Below, piece after piece: positions 40,009 to 49,818 of a DNA stretch of 64,000 nucleotides. The stretch is taken from contig CAWCYI010000006.1 of assembly GCA_963799845.1 (NCBI GenBank), positions 192,001-256,000 on the forward strand. Reading direction: 5' to 3'. The translations under genes and the position numbers were made by a program. The first letter of the stretch is position 1, and each line of letters begins with the position of its first letter. The notes under the pieces are model-generated. The model had not been told where the DNA came from. It saw only the letters and a program-made list of their open reading frames with translations, and did not search any database. Source of the DNA: an uncultured Nitrososphaerota archaeon (lineage in GTDB: Archaea > Thermoproteota > Nitrososphaeria > Nitrososphaerales > CADDZS01).

Positions 40009-40255
40009 TTCCCATTCTAGTAGCGCTAAATGTACCAGAAGTTAACAATTGTTTCGAGGACTGGGTGACTATCTCCTTTCAATTAACCTCTCATTGACTT
40101 TGTAAGCCTGTCGTGCTAAACTTTCACCAAAATCAGCTGTAGATCAACATCCGAGCTTACAACATATGGATGATGGTTAAGTTCACCGGCTCTAGATACA
40201 AACTCCTCAATCAAAATTAGTCGGTTGCGATTAATCTACCAGAGTAAGGGATGAA

Positions 40256-40510
40256 GTGTTGGCAGAAATTAAAGTAAGTCAAGAGACGCTGGAAAGCGAA
40301 CTTACCTATCAGTTGCGCGGCAGATTCGGGACAAGCAAAGATCTGAATCAAGAAATATACAAAGTAATAGGAGCCTTGTCGGATGTAATCTATGCGGTAG
40401 ACCATCTCTCTGTACATGACAAGAGAACACCAGAGGTCAGACAATGGATATCTGAACTGGAAGCCGCGAAGCAGGCATTGAGAAGAATAGTGGCTAGAAT
40501 CGAAATCTGA
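40256..40510 (+). CDS. Hypothetical helical protein
   Basis: 84-aa ORF, no recognisable motif. Confidence 0.5.
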   Translation: MLAEIKVSQETLESELTYQLRGRFGTSKDLNQEIYKVIGALSDVIYAVDHLSVHDKRTPEVRQWISELEAAKQALRRIVARIEI

Positions 40511-40673
40511 GTCTGCATTTTCCAGTGATAGCCAAGTGCTAAGTTAGCGGCAGTCCAGAACTATCCGGCTCATCTAGTATGATTCTTGCAGACGTGCTGA
40601 TTATAGTCTAGGTCCCACTGGTGAACTGGTTAATCGGATTGAGCATTCGGAGCTCACTTAATAGAATCTCATT

Positions 40674-40982
40674 ATGAACTGGTTCCCGACTGACCACTTG
40701 CCCGAAAAGCAAAGAGAGCTGCGTTGGCAACCAAGTAAGGACAAGACGCATGCCGGTTTGCCGAATCTCACGGAATTTCAAAACGACGACGAGTTGAGGG
40801 ATGCGATATTATCCGTGGTCGAGACTCATGATATGAGAATCATTGGTTTCATCAAAGAGACCGAAACTTTGAGTTACAAACGGATCGCATTTCGCTGCGA
40901 TTCTTGCGGCGCTACTTTTTTCATTGGAGTTGATCAGATAACCGATCTAAAGTTTCACAAACCGAAACTTGGATCTGAATAG
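40674..40982 (+). CDS. Hypothetical protein with CxxC
   Basis: 102-aa ATG ORF, RCDSCG. Confidence 0.55.
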   Translation: MNWFPTDHLPEKQRELRWQPSKDKTHAGLPNLTEFQNDDELRDAILSVVETHDMRIIGFIKETETLSYKRIAFRCDSCGATFFIGVDQITDLKFHKPKLGSE

Positions 40983-41235
40983 GAGACTCTTCCGTTGTAA
41001 CAGTGACTCCATCGACGATTCTGCTCCACATACTGTGTCCTCTTAGGTATGAATCAAGTTGGGCGGTCAGATCGGATTAGTTCTTAGAGCGCAGGTTAGT
41101 CAAATCGAGAAGCAATGTTCAAACCACGATCTCATGAGAGGGCCCCTTTGTCATCTAATCTTGATTCCACTCCTTCGTGCACAAAGTCTATATGCCAAAA
41201 TCGCGGGTTATATTTATTCGGAAGTTTTTGCCTAG

Positions 41236-42349
41236 TTGTCTAGTATCCTGACGGGGAACACAAGCCTCCTTTCTACGCTGGTTTACGTTGTTCTTTTCGT
41301 CGGTTCTACTTTTCTTTTCTTATTCTGGGGACCGAGGATGCAGGTCTTCACCGTTCTTCGCGAGGTTAAGACCAATGTTGAAAAGCTGAGCGTCCTCAGG
41401 GACAAGAGCAAGAAAGAAGCACTGGATTACCTGGTCGTAAACTGCAAGGCGCCTAAAGAGATCTCCCAGAGACTAGACCAGACCCTTGAATACTTTACAA
41501 TCATGCCAGTTGACCTTGATCCTAACGGCATCGTTGGAAAGGTCGAGCACGTGGTACGTCTTCAGGACGACAGAATGCGTGACGAAATAAGGCGGATGGC
41601 TCCTGCTGCAGATCCGGTCCAGGTAAGCGTTGCCCAGAACATTCTGGAAGTCGCAACGAGTCTTAACCAGATATTCAAGATAGTCAGGCACTTTTACATT
41701 CAGGGTCAGAAAACCAAGAGCTGACTTCATACTCGTTCAGCTCCAGATGATAATGCCGATGATCATTCAGGAAGCCGACGCCCTGGTCAGCGCGATTGAT
41801 GCTTTCAAGGATGCAGAGCCGATTGGCGACGGTCTCGGCCCCATGGTCGCTGGCAGGTTCATGTATGGAAAGGAAAAGGTTACGATAGAGCGTGAGACGG
41901 TTTATTCCAAGACAGATTACAAGGGGCGAAGTCTGCTTGTCATGAAAGCAGAAGGACCAATGGGGACGGTAGGGCGCCCGCACGTCGGAGTCGAGAAACT
42001 CCTTAACGATCCGGCTTCCAAGGTTGATGCTTTGATTATGGTCGATGCTGCACTAAAACTCGAAGGTGAGACTACCGGAGAGATAGCGGAGGGAATTGGC
42101 GCCGCAATCGGTGGAATCGGTGTTGAAAAGTACCGGATCGAAAAAGCAGCAGTAGACAAGGACATTCCAATGTATGCTGTTGTAGTAAAACAATCTTTAA
42201 TCGATGCAATCTCGGTCATGAAGAAGGAGATTGCAGAGGCTTCCGACAAGACCGTCGCAGTCGTCCAGAGAATAATCGAAGAAAAGACGAAGGAAGGGGA
42301 CACGATCCTGATAATCGGGGTCGGAAACACCCTGGGCGTCGCCCAGTAG
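41236..42349 (+). pseudogene. DUF1512 family protein, +1 frameshift at ~41722 (probably a sequencing error)
   Basis: PVDLDPNGIV, KIVRH; PIGDGLGP, VDAALKLEGE.TG.IAEG.G.AIGG, GVGNTLGVAQ. Confidence 0.85.
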
Positions 42350-42362
42350 TAAAAAGAGTGGA

Positions 42363-42575
42363 ATGATTATGGCGCAGATGTTTCCTTCAATCGGCGAAAA
42401 GAGGCCGAAGATGCCGGTGTTTACTATCGAAGAGTGCGCCAGTTGTGGAACGAAAACAAAAAGAGCATTCAAGCTCGGAGACTACGTGTACAAGGACGGA
42501 GCGCCCTGCCCAAAGTGCGGCGCGAAGACCGTAATCTCCATGATCTTCTGCGAGCTAATTCAACCGGTCAAGTAA
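42363..42575 (+). CDS. Small Zn-ribbon protein downstream of DUF1512
   Basis: CASC...R.FK.GDYV...CPKC. Confidence 0.75.
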   Translation: MIMAQMFPSIGEKRPKMPVFTIEECASCGTKTKRAFKLGDYVYKDGAPCPKCGAKTVISMIFCELIQPVK

Positions 42576-43467
42576 GTACTGAAAATCCAGCAGAGTTTAT
42601 CGCAACCGTGTGCTCTGCCTGGGCGACTGGTTCGGCCTTTGCCTCGACGAGCTCCGTGTACCCGTGAACCAGTTTCAGCTTGATTAATTTTGGAATGATT
42701 TCTGCCAGTTTCTTCTTCGAGAAATCTTTCTCGTACCATCTGGCAGCGAACGGAAGAGTTTTTCGATCATTCCACACAACTTCCAGGAATCTGTTTAGCT
42801 CCTGATCCTTCGCGTTCTTTCTCGCGACGACGCGGAAGATATTCTCTGAACTTCCTTCAACGACGATGCCGCTTCCTTTTGCGGTTGTGAAGAACGGCTC
42901 GACCGCATAGAACCTGCCCTGCTTGAAACTGGAAAGAGAAGGAGACCAGACGTTTGGCACGGATGTTCCCGCGTGAATGAGGTACTGATCTAGCGAATGG
43001 CCCGAGAGGTTTGAAATCGGGAGAAAACCCCTTCTCGAGGCGTACGATTCGACAGCTCTTCCCACGTCGCTCGTCCTCGCTCCATCCTTGATTACCTTGA
43101 GTGCCTCAGCAAGAGCAGACTTGGTAGCCTCTGCCATCTCCAGAAGTTCATCATTGTAGCAGAGCGTTACCGCCGTATCTGTGATGTAACCCTCGATGTG
43201 CGCCCCAAGATCGACTTTCAGAAGAGAATTATGGGGCACTACTTTCTGATCGTCAATCTCGGCAGTATAGTGAGCGGCCGACTCATTTGCGCAGATATTG
43301 CATGGAAAGGCTGGCTTTCCGCCGAGTTTGACAATGTTGGACTCTACAAACTCACATAGTTCGGTGTACGGTCTTCCCTCCCAGTTCCTCGCCGATACCT
43401 CCTTTTTCACCTGGCGACAGATCAACCCGGCCTTTGCATAAAACTCGGAAACACTCACGTTGGACAA
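42568..43467 (-). CDS. map: Methionine aminopeptidase type II
   Basis: AFPCN, AAHYT, KVDLGAH.EGY.TDTA, NLSGH, AVEPF, AQAEHT. Confidence 0.95.
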   Translation of the reverse strand: MSNVSVSEFYAKAGLICRQVKKEVSARNWEGRPYTELCEFVESNIVKLGGKPAFPCNICANESAAHYTAEIDDQKVVPHNSLLKVDLGAHIEGYITDTAVTLCYNDELLEMAEATKSALAEALKVIKDGARTSDVGRAVESYASRRGFLPISNLSGHSLDQYLIHAGTSVPNVWSPSLSSFKQGRFYAVEPFFTTAKGSGIVVEGSSENIFRVVARKNAKDQELNRFLEVVWNDRKTLPFAARWYEKDFSKKKLAEIIPKLIKLKLVHGYTELVEAKAEPVAQAEHTVAINSAGFSVLT

Positions 43468-43567
43468 GAAACAGCCACTTAGAATGGAAAGTATTCTGAC
43501 TCATTACATTTAATGGATTCTTTTGCTGCAATTTGCTTTTATTGAATCCACCCGTCTTGTCGAGCAG

Positions 43568-44047
43568 ATGGAGCCTTCATACAAGTACCGGCAGATAGCC
43601 CTGGGAGGTACTTTCGACCATATTCACAGAGGTCACAAAGAGCTGCTTGCGCGCGCTTTCCAGACTGGAGAATCCGTTTTCATAGGTTTGACCAGCGACG
43701 ATTTTGCAAGGAGCACAGGGAAAAAAATTCAGCAGAACTACGCCGAGAGAAAAAAGGAGCTGGAGAAATTTCTGAGCGAAAAGTATCTGGGCAGAAAGTA
43801 CGAAATCTCAAAGCTGGAGGATCGTTTCGGCCCCGGCATATTCACCGATCGAATCGACGCGATTGCTGTCAGTACGGAGACCCTTCCCGCCGTCGAGTCG
43901 GCGAACAGGAAAAGAAGAGAGCTTGGCTTGCCAGACCTCGAAGTTGAAGTTGTTCCCATGACTCTGGCAGAGGACGATGCAAGGATCTCGAGTACGAGGA
44001 TTCGCGCCGGAGAGATCGATTCAGAAGGGCACGTTTTGAAAAAATGA
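43568..44047 (+). CDS. coaD: Phosphopantetheine adenylyltransferase (archaeal)
   Basis: GGTFDHIHRGH, GLTSD, VSTET, ISSTRIR.GEID. Confidence 0.92.
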   Translation: MEPSYKYRQIALGGTFDHIHRGHKELLARAFQTGESVFIGLTSDDFARSTGKKIQQNYAERKKELEKFLSEKYLGRKYEISKLEDRFGPGIFTDRIDAIAVSTETLPAVESANRKRRELGLPDLEVEVVPMTLAEDDARISSTRIRAGEIDSEGHVLKK

Positions 44048-44051
44048 AGAG

Positions 44052-44265
44052 TGGGGTCGGTGGGATTCTCACACATCTTCGATTCCCAAACGAATTCGGG
44101 ATCGGAAGAGGCTCTTGAACCCACGATCTACGGGTATCTCCACCCTTAGCGCTCCAATGTAACATCATCCTGTTACTGTCAGCATACCCATAGGTATTAT
44201 TTTGGACACTGGAGCCCGTCGCCTTACCTTTCCAGGTCGAAAGCGACAAGCTGGGCTACGACCCC
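44052..44265 (-). tRNA. tRNA-Trp(CCA) with three introns (17/17a: 44230-44248; 37/38: 44136-44208; 59/60: 44066-44113)
   Basis: Acceptor GGGGUCG/CGACCCC+A, anticodon stem ACGGG/CCCGU with CUCCAG, T stem GUGGG/CCCAC; BHB or BHL motif at each intron. Confidence 0.9.
44136..44208 (-). ncRNA. Intron-encoded C/D box guide RNA for tRNA-Trp C34 and C39
   Basis: D' CUGA preceded by AUGGGUAUG, C' GAUGAUG, D-like CUAA preceded by UUGGAGCG; the +5 rule gives C39 and C34. Confidence 0.7.
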
Positions 44266-44401
44266 ACCCTGATTTCTCAGCGTGAAGAATTTGCGTAAAA
44301 AAGCTTTCATTGCGCGAATCAGCGTGAATTCGATCTAGATAATTTCATGTATGGTGAATAAGGGGGAACCACTCTTTCTGGATCGAAGTATTAGATTTTG
44401 G

Positions 44402-45871
44402 GTAACCATTTAGCGTTTTGAAGTAATCGGCCGAAAGCTATTTGGCCAAGATTCTCCATTGAACTTTCCGTAAGCCTTTGTCTTCGATTGACGATGAACC
44501 AAGTAATCTTCCCGAATACTACCAAAGTCAAATCGATGAACTTGAAGAACAAAACAGACTCCTGAAGGAGGAGAATAAACAGCTCAAGGAGGAGCTTGCC
44601 TCCCTCAAGACAACGCTTGGGGCAGTTGTTGCAAGGAGCATAAACGCAAAGAAGGACACTCCCGCGACCTTTACTACAACCACCTCCGATAACAGAAAGT
44701 ACCACAAGAAATCTGGGAGAAGAAAAGGTCACGAAGGCGGGACGAGAAGAAAGCCAGACCACGTTGATCATACGATGGAACTGGATCAAACTGTATGCCC
44801 CAAATGCGGAGGAGTCCTCTCAGAAAAACCTACAGACAAATACGAAAGATTTGTCGAAGATGTCGTTCCCGCAAGATTGGTTGTAACAAGATACGTAATT
44901 AAGAGGAGATATTGCTGCGGATGCAGGAGACAGATCTCTCCTGAAGTGCCCAATGTCCTCAGCAACGAGCGATTCGGGCTCAGACTGATGCTCCTTATAG
45001 TTTCGCTCAAATTGCTGGGGCTGTCGTACGCAAAAATCACCTCACTATTCAAGCTCATCTTCAATCTTGAGATGAGTGAGGCTTCGGTGGAGCACTCTGT
45101 GATGAAGGTTGCAGAAGCATTCGGTCCGCGTTACAGTGATCTCATCTCAGAAGTGAGAAATGAAAAGAGTCTGCATGGCGATGAAACAAGCTGGAGGATC
45201 AAGGGAAAGAACCACTGGCTCTGGACGTTTGTGGGCAAATGGTCGGTTATCTACGAGGTGGCAAGATCTCGAGGCAGCGAGGTTCCCATAAAGGTACTTG
45301 GTAGAGACTACGCTGGGACCGTGATAAGCGATTCATGGCCGGCATGGAACTACGTTGGAACAAAACATCAGAGATGCCTTCTGCACTACCTCCGTGATAT
45401 AGAAGACACCCAGATCTATAAGAGACCGGGAAAAGAATTCACACCGTTTTCAAAGAAACTCAAACGCATACTGAATGACGCGATAAAAGTTGGAAAGAGC
45501 GTGAATGGAAAGAGGGATCGCCTAAGAGCCAAGAAGAGGTTTGAAGCGAGGGTCGAGAAAATTAACGCATCGTATTCGACCGTGGATGAGACAAACTGCA
45601 TGCGGTTTGTCAAGCGTCTGAGAAGAGAGAAGGGAATGCTGTTCACGTTCCTTGAAGAGCTTGGAGTTGACTGGAACAACAATACAGCGGAGAGAGCAAT
45701 AAGACCAAGCGTTGTCATTAGAAAGATAACCTACGGCAACCAATCGATGGAAGGAGCAGATGCACACAAAGTGTTGATGAGCGTGAAAGAGACGTGCAGG
45801 CTGAGAGGATTGAACTTTTACGATTATGCCATGAACTATCTAAATCCAGCTTCAAAAAGCTAAACGGTTAC
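44402..45871 (+). mobile_element. IS66-family (single-ORF, ISBst12-like) element; transposase 44478..45863
   Basis: IRs gtaaccatttagcgttttgaag / revcomp gtaaccgtttagctttttgaag; 8-bp TSD gattttgg at 44394-44401 and 45872-45879; GH.G, CPKC, HGDETSW, QRC..H..R, NNTAERAIR. Confidence 0.95.
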
Positions 45872-45985
45872 GATTTTGGCTAATTTCTTGTATAGAGTTT
45901 TGTGCCGCTTTACGGTATCTTCGATCACATCCTCAATTTTTTCCGGCTGTGATTGCCTAACTCGTTTCCGTTTCCAATTCGCCAA
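45860..45985 (-). CDS. Small protein whose original stop was displaced by IS66
   Basis: MANWKRKRVRQSQPEKIEDVIEDTVKRHKTLYKKLAKI(VTV)*; the empty-site sequence gives TAA right after AKI. Confidence 0.45.
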   Translation of the reverse strand: MANWKRKRVRQSQPEKIEDVIEDTVKRHKTLYKKLAKIVTV

Positions 45986-46100
45986 CAGTTATCATTGCAC
46001 CTAAATCTCGAATAATTGCAGTTCTTCAAATAGTAGTTCCCATTGATTCTTATATAGAATTTTTTTTCTGCGTTTCACACGCGGGCATGTTTTTTCACTG

Positions 46101-46180
46101 AAGAGCTACGTTCAAGCTCTGTTAGCCAAGAAGAGCCCGTTTCAAGCTCTGTAGCTTTCGTTCAGCTCGTTTCATGCTGT
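46101..46180. repeat. Degenerate palindromic direct repeats upstream of purF
   Basis: aagagctacgttcaagctctgt and aagagcccgtttcaagctctgt (30-bp period) plus two weaker copies. Confidence 0.6.
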
Positions 46181-46277
46181 TAGTAAAAACTCATTAAGCA
46201 AACCGGAAAGTTCAGATCATCCGCTGGCTCTGGCAAACATTTTCTTTGGATGATTTCCGGGAGTTTCCTGTTTTTAC

Positions 46278-47783
46278 ATGAGCGAAGAAATTTCAGAGGC
46301 CTGCGGGATTTTTGGAGCGATCTCCAATGATCCTGAGTTCGACGTGTTCCCGTGCCTCTACTGGGGTCTGCTCTCGTTGAACCACAGGGGCCAGCAGTCT
46401 TACGGGTTCACGACCCTTCGCAAAGGGAAGTTTGTCAAGAGAGAGGATCTCGACCTCATTCCCACGAATCCGAGCGAAGTTGAGCACCTTTCCGCCGCAT
46501 TGAAAGGTAATGTCGGCATCTCCAACGCACGGTATGCCACGTCGGGCAGCTCCGGAGTAAAACACCTGCAGGGTGGAAAGCAACCGCTCGTTGTTTCATC
46601 CGGCAGGAATTCAATAGCGGTCAGTTACAACGGCAATATCGTCAACACCTTCAAGCTGAGAGAACCGCTTAGAGAAAGATTTGGCAGGTTCAAGACCGAC
46701 GCCGACACGGAGGTTCTCGCGAAAAAACTGCTCCTCGCATTAGAAGAGAACTCAGGAAGTTACGAGCTTGCCGTCAGGCAGGTTCTGGATGACGTCGAGG
46801 GAGCTTACTCCGTGATGGTACTCACGAATAACGGAGATTTTCACGCCTTCCGCGACATACACGGAATAAGACCTTACTGCTTTGGAAAGAAGGATGGTGT
46901 CGTCGCATTCGCGTCGGAGACTCCCGCTCTCGACATCAATGGTTTTGAAAATTTCGAGTTCATCGAACCCGGTGAACTTGTCTCAGTTTCAAAGGACTGT
47001 GAGATCACGAGAATTCAGCTGCGAAAGGCAAAGTCTGCTTTATGCTCGTTCGAATTTGCGTACTTTTCAAGACCCGATTCGATACTGAACGGAACCAGTG
47101 TTCCGGTCTACAAAATCAGAGAATCTTTTGCACGCAGTCTCGCGATGCAAAATTCCGATGTCCTATCTAGAGAAGATCTGATCTTATCAATGCCGGAAAC
47201 TGCCGATGACGCAGCCTACGGTCTCCACGAAAAGACTGGGATACCGTGGGAAAGGGCCGTTCGAAAAAATAGGTATGTTACACGAAGGGCATTCATCTCG
47301 GGAAAGGACAATCGCGAAAGCGTGATCGACAAGAAGATGAATATTGTCGCGAGTCTGGTCAAGGGCAAAAACGTCGCAGTGGTTGAGGACAGTATCGTCC
47401 GCGGCGACACGACCAGAATAAACGTGGCGAAGCTGAGAAAGGCCGGGACAAAACGGATCGATGTTTTCGTAACCTTCCCCCGGATATCAAATCCGTGCCT
47501 CTACGGCGTGGATATGTCGACCTACGGGGAGCTTCTCGGAGCCAAGATGACTCCGGAAGAGATCTCGCAGTGGATGAATGCGGACTCTGTTAACTACCAA
47601 TCAGTCCAGGGGCTGGTTGATGCGATCGGGCTGCCACAGGAATCGCTTTGTATTGCTTGCGTCACTGGGAATTATCCGACACCCGAAGCCCAGAAACTTG
47701 CTAACGAGATTCGAGCCCAGTTCCTGGAAGGCGTGTCGGAAAAGGGCGTCAGGATCTACGAGAAAAAGAAACCCGGCAGGTAG
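46278..47783 (+). CDS. purF: Amidophosphoribosyltransferase
   Basis: EACGIFG, HRGQ, NGNI.N, CSFEFAYFSRPDS, VEDSIVRGDT, CIAC.TG.YP. Confidence 0.95.
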   Translation: MSEEISEACGIFGAISNDPEFDVFPCLYWGLLSLNHRGQQSYGFTTLRKGKFVKREDLDLIPTNPSEVEHLSAALKGNVGISNARYATSGSSGVKHLQGGKQPLVVSSGRNSIAVSYNGNIVNTFKLREPLRERFGRFKTDADTEVLAKKLLLALEENSGSYELAVRQVLDDVEGAYSVMVLTNNGDFHAFRDIHGIRPYCFGKKDGVVAFASETPALDINGFENFEFIEPGELVSVSKDCEITRIQLRKAKSALCSFEFAYFSRPDSILNGTSVPVYKIRESFARSLAMQNSDVLSREDLILSMPETADDAAYGLHEKTGIPWERAVRKNRYVTRRAFISGKDNRESVIDKKMNIVASLVKGKNVAVVEDSIVRGDTTRINVAKLRKAGTKRIDVFVTFPRISNPCLYGVDMSTYGELLGAKMTPEEISQWMNADSVNYQSVQGLVDAIGLPQESLCIACVTGNYPTPEAQKLANEIRAQFLEGVSEKGVRIYEKKKPGR

Positions 47784-47794
47784 TCCTACTCGTT

Positions 47795-49060
47795 ATGCAA
47801 CGTAGTGAAAAAACGAACGTCCTTCTTGTCGGCTCCGGGGGACGAGAGCACGCAATCGCATGGAAGATTTTGAAGAGCGAGAAGATCGGGAAATTGTATG
47901 TCGCTCCCGGAAACGGAGGGACTCACGAGTTCAACATTCCGATTGGTGCAACTGAAGTAGAAAAGTTGCGCGACTTTGCCAGGGACAAGAAATGTTTCAC
48001 CTTGGTCGGCCCGGAGGCTCCTCTCGCCGCGGGAATTGTCGACAGTTTCGTATCTGAGGGCCTTCCGATCTTCGGCCCGACGATAGATCAAGCCAGATTG
48101 GAAACTAGCAAGGTCTTTGCGAAAGAGTTCATGAAGAAACACGGGATTCCAACGTCAGATTTTAGAGTGTTCGACGAAGCGCAACCCGCGATTGATTATG
48201 CAATCAGGAACAATGGAAACGTTGTAGTAAAGGCGGATGGGCTGGCTTCAGGGAAAGGCGTCTTTATCTGTTCGACTCCTGATGAAGCCGAAAGAGCAAT
48301 TCGCCTAATCCTTGAAGAGAGGATTTTCGGCAGTGCAGGTAACCGGATAATTATTGAGGAAAAACTCCAGGGAAGAGAGGCTTCGTTCATGGTAGTCTGT
48401 GATGGAAAAACCGCGATCCCATTCGGAACAGCCGTGGACCACAAGAGAGCGTTCGACAGTGATACGGGGCCAAACACTGGGGGAATGGGCGCTTTCTCGC
48501 CGGCTCCGAAAATGGTGTCAGATCAAGAAAACACCATCCGGGAAAAAATTCTGAGACCGACGGTCGAGAATTCAAAATTTCGAGGATTTCTGTATCTGGG
48601 ACTGATGTTTGACGAAGATAACTCTCCAAAAGTTCTTGAGTTTAACGTAAGGCTGGGCGATCCGGAAACCCAAGCGATTTTGCCGAGATTCGACTCTGAT
48701 CTTCTCAAACTTCTGATTGCCCACAATTCAGAGGGAGAGATCGACGAGGCTGATTTGAAATGGAGTAAGGACTCTTCATGCACGGTCGTAATGTGTTCCG
48801 AAGGATACCCCGAAAATCCCAAGACCGGATATGAAATCCACGGAATCGCAGCCGCGAAAGCTTTGGACCGAATGTTAGTTTTCCATTCTGGAACCGTTGT
48901 AAAAGACAATTCCTTTTTCACGAGCGGCGGAAGAGTCCTTTCGGTTACTGGCATCGGACCGACGAAAAGCTTGGCGGCGAAAAAGGCGTACGAAGGAGTT
49001 AGTTTGATATCGTGGCGAGGTGAGCGCCACCGTAGGGACATTTCGGCGGACGTAAAGTAG
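47795..49060 (+). CDS. purD: Phosphoribosylamine--glycine ligase
   Basis: GSGGREHA, GPEAPL, KADGLA.GKG, GPNTGGMG, EFN.RLGDPE. Confidence 0.96.
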   Translation: MQRSEKTNVLLVGSGGREHAIAWKILKSEKIGKLYVAPGNGGTHEFNIPIGATEVEKLRDFARDKKCFTLVGPEAPLAAGIVDSFVSEGLPIFGPTIDQARLETSKVFAKEFMKKHGIPTSDFRVFDEAQPAIDYAIRNNGNVVVKADGLASGKGVFICSTPDEAERAIRLILEERIFGSAGNRIIIEEKLQGREASFMVVCDGKTAIPFGTAVDHKRAFDSDTGPNTGGMGAFSPAPKMVSDQENTIREKILRPTVENSKFRGFLYLGLMFDEDNSPKVLEFNVRLGDPETQAILPRFDSDLLKLLIAHNSEGEIDEADLKWSKDSSCTVVMCSEGYPENPKTGYEIHGIAAAKALDRMLVFHSGTVVKDNSFFTSGGRVLSVTGIGPTKSLAAKKAYEGVSLISWRGERHRRDISADVK

Positions 49061-49071
49061 GGATTTCGAAA

Positions 49072-49815
49072 TTGGAAAAAACAATTCTGGTACTTGCATC
49101 GGGCAGGGGAACGGATTTCCAGGCGATCGTCGATCATGTGAAGTTGGGAATTTTCAACGACGTGAAGGTGGCGGCCCTCATCTCCAATCACGAATCCGCG
49201 CCTGTCGTCCAGAGGGCGAAAGAAGCCGGAGTACGAGCCTTAGTCGTTCACGGGACTTCAGGCAGGAAGTTTCTCGACAACGAGGAGAGGGATGCCGCCA
49301 GAGCCAATTTTGATCAGGAATGCCTCCGGATTGCGAGGGAACTCGGGGTTAATCTGATCGTACTCGCCGGGTTCGACCAGATCCTCGGACGCAAACTCGT
49401 AGATGCTTTCACGTTCAAAATTCTAAACATCCATCCCGCCTACGACCTGAACCGATTCGGTGGCAAGGGAATGGTGGGGCGTAAAGTCCACGAAGAGGTG
49501 CTGAAGAGCGGGGCGAGCTATTCAGGCTGCGCTGTCCACTTTGTGACAAATGACATCGATCTTGGTCCAGTGATTTTGAAGAAAAAAACAAACGTAAATC
49601 CAGGAGACACGCCGGAGTCCCTCGAGAAACGAATTCTAGGTTTAGAGCACATCGCGTACCCGGAAGCGATCCAGCTAGTCCTAGATGATCGGGTGCGACT
49701 GGATGCAAGCGGAAAATCCTGTTACGTCGACCGATACAGCAGGAACTGGGACGTCGAATGGGATTCCCGGCAGCGAAAATACGTTGAGTTGCTTCAGGGC
49801 AAACTACCTTTCTGA
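49072..49815 (+). CDS. purN: Phosphoribosylglycinamide formyltransferase (folate-dependent)
   Basis: SGRGT, LAGF, NIHP, SGCAVH.V..D.D.GP, EH..YP. Confidence 0.9.
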   Translation: MEKTILVLASGRGTDFQAIVDHVKLGIFNDVKVAALISNHESAPVVQRAKEAGVRALVVHGTSGRKFLDNEERDAARANFDQECLRIARELGVNLIVLAGFDQILGRKLVDAFTFKILNIHPAYDLNRFGGKGMVGRKVHEEVLKSGASYSGCAVHFVTNDIDLGPVILKKKTNVNPGDTPESLEKRILGLEHIAYPEAIQLVLDDRVRLDASGKSCYVDRYSRNWDVEWDSRQRKYVELLQGKLPF

Positions 49816-49818
49816 CGA

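Noticed and set aside
43738-44249. Minus-strand ORFs of 126-128 aa
   Set aside because: They overlap coaD antisense and the tRNA-Trp gene, so they are spurious, as are most short antisense ORFs in the track.
46101-46180. Mini-CRISPR array
   Set aside because: GTTTCAA is reminiscent of CRISPR repeats, but the period is only 30 bp with an 8-bp spacer, the copies are degenerate, and no cas genes are present.
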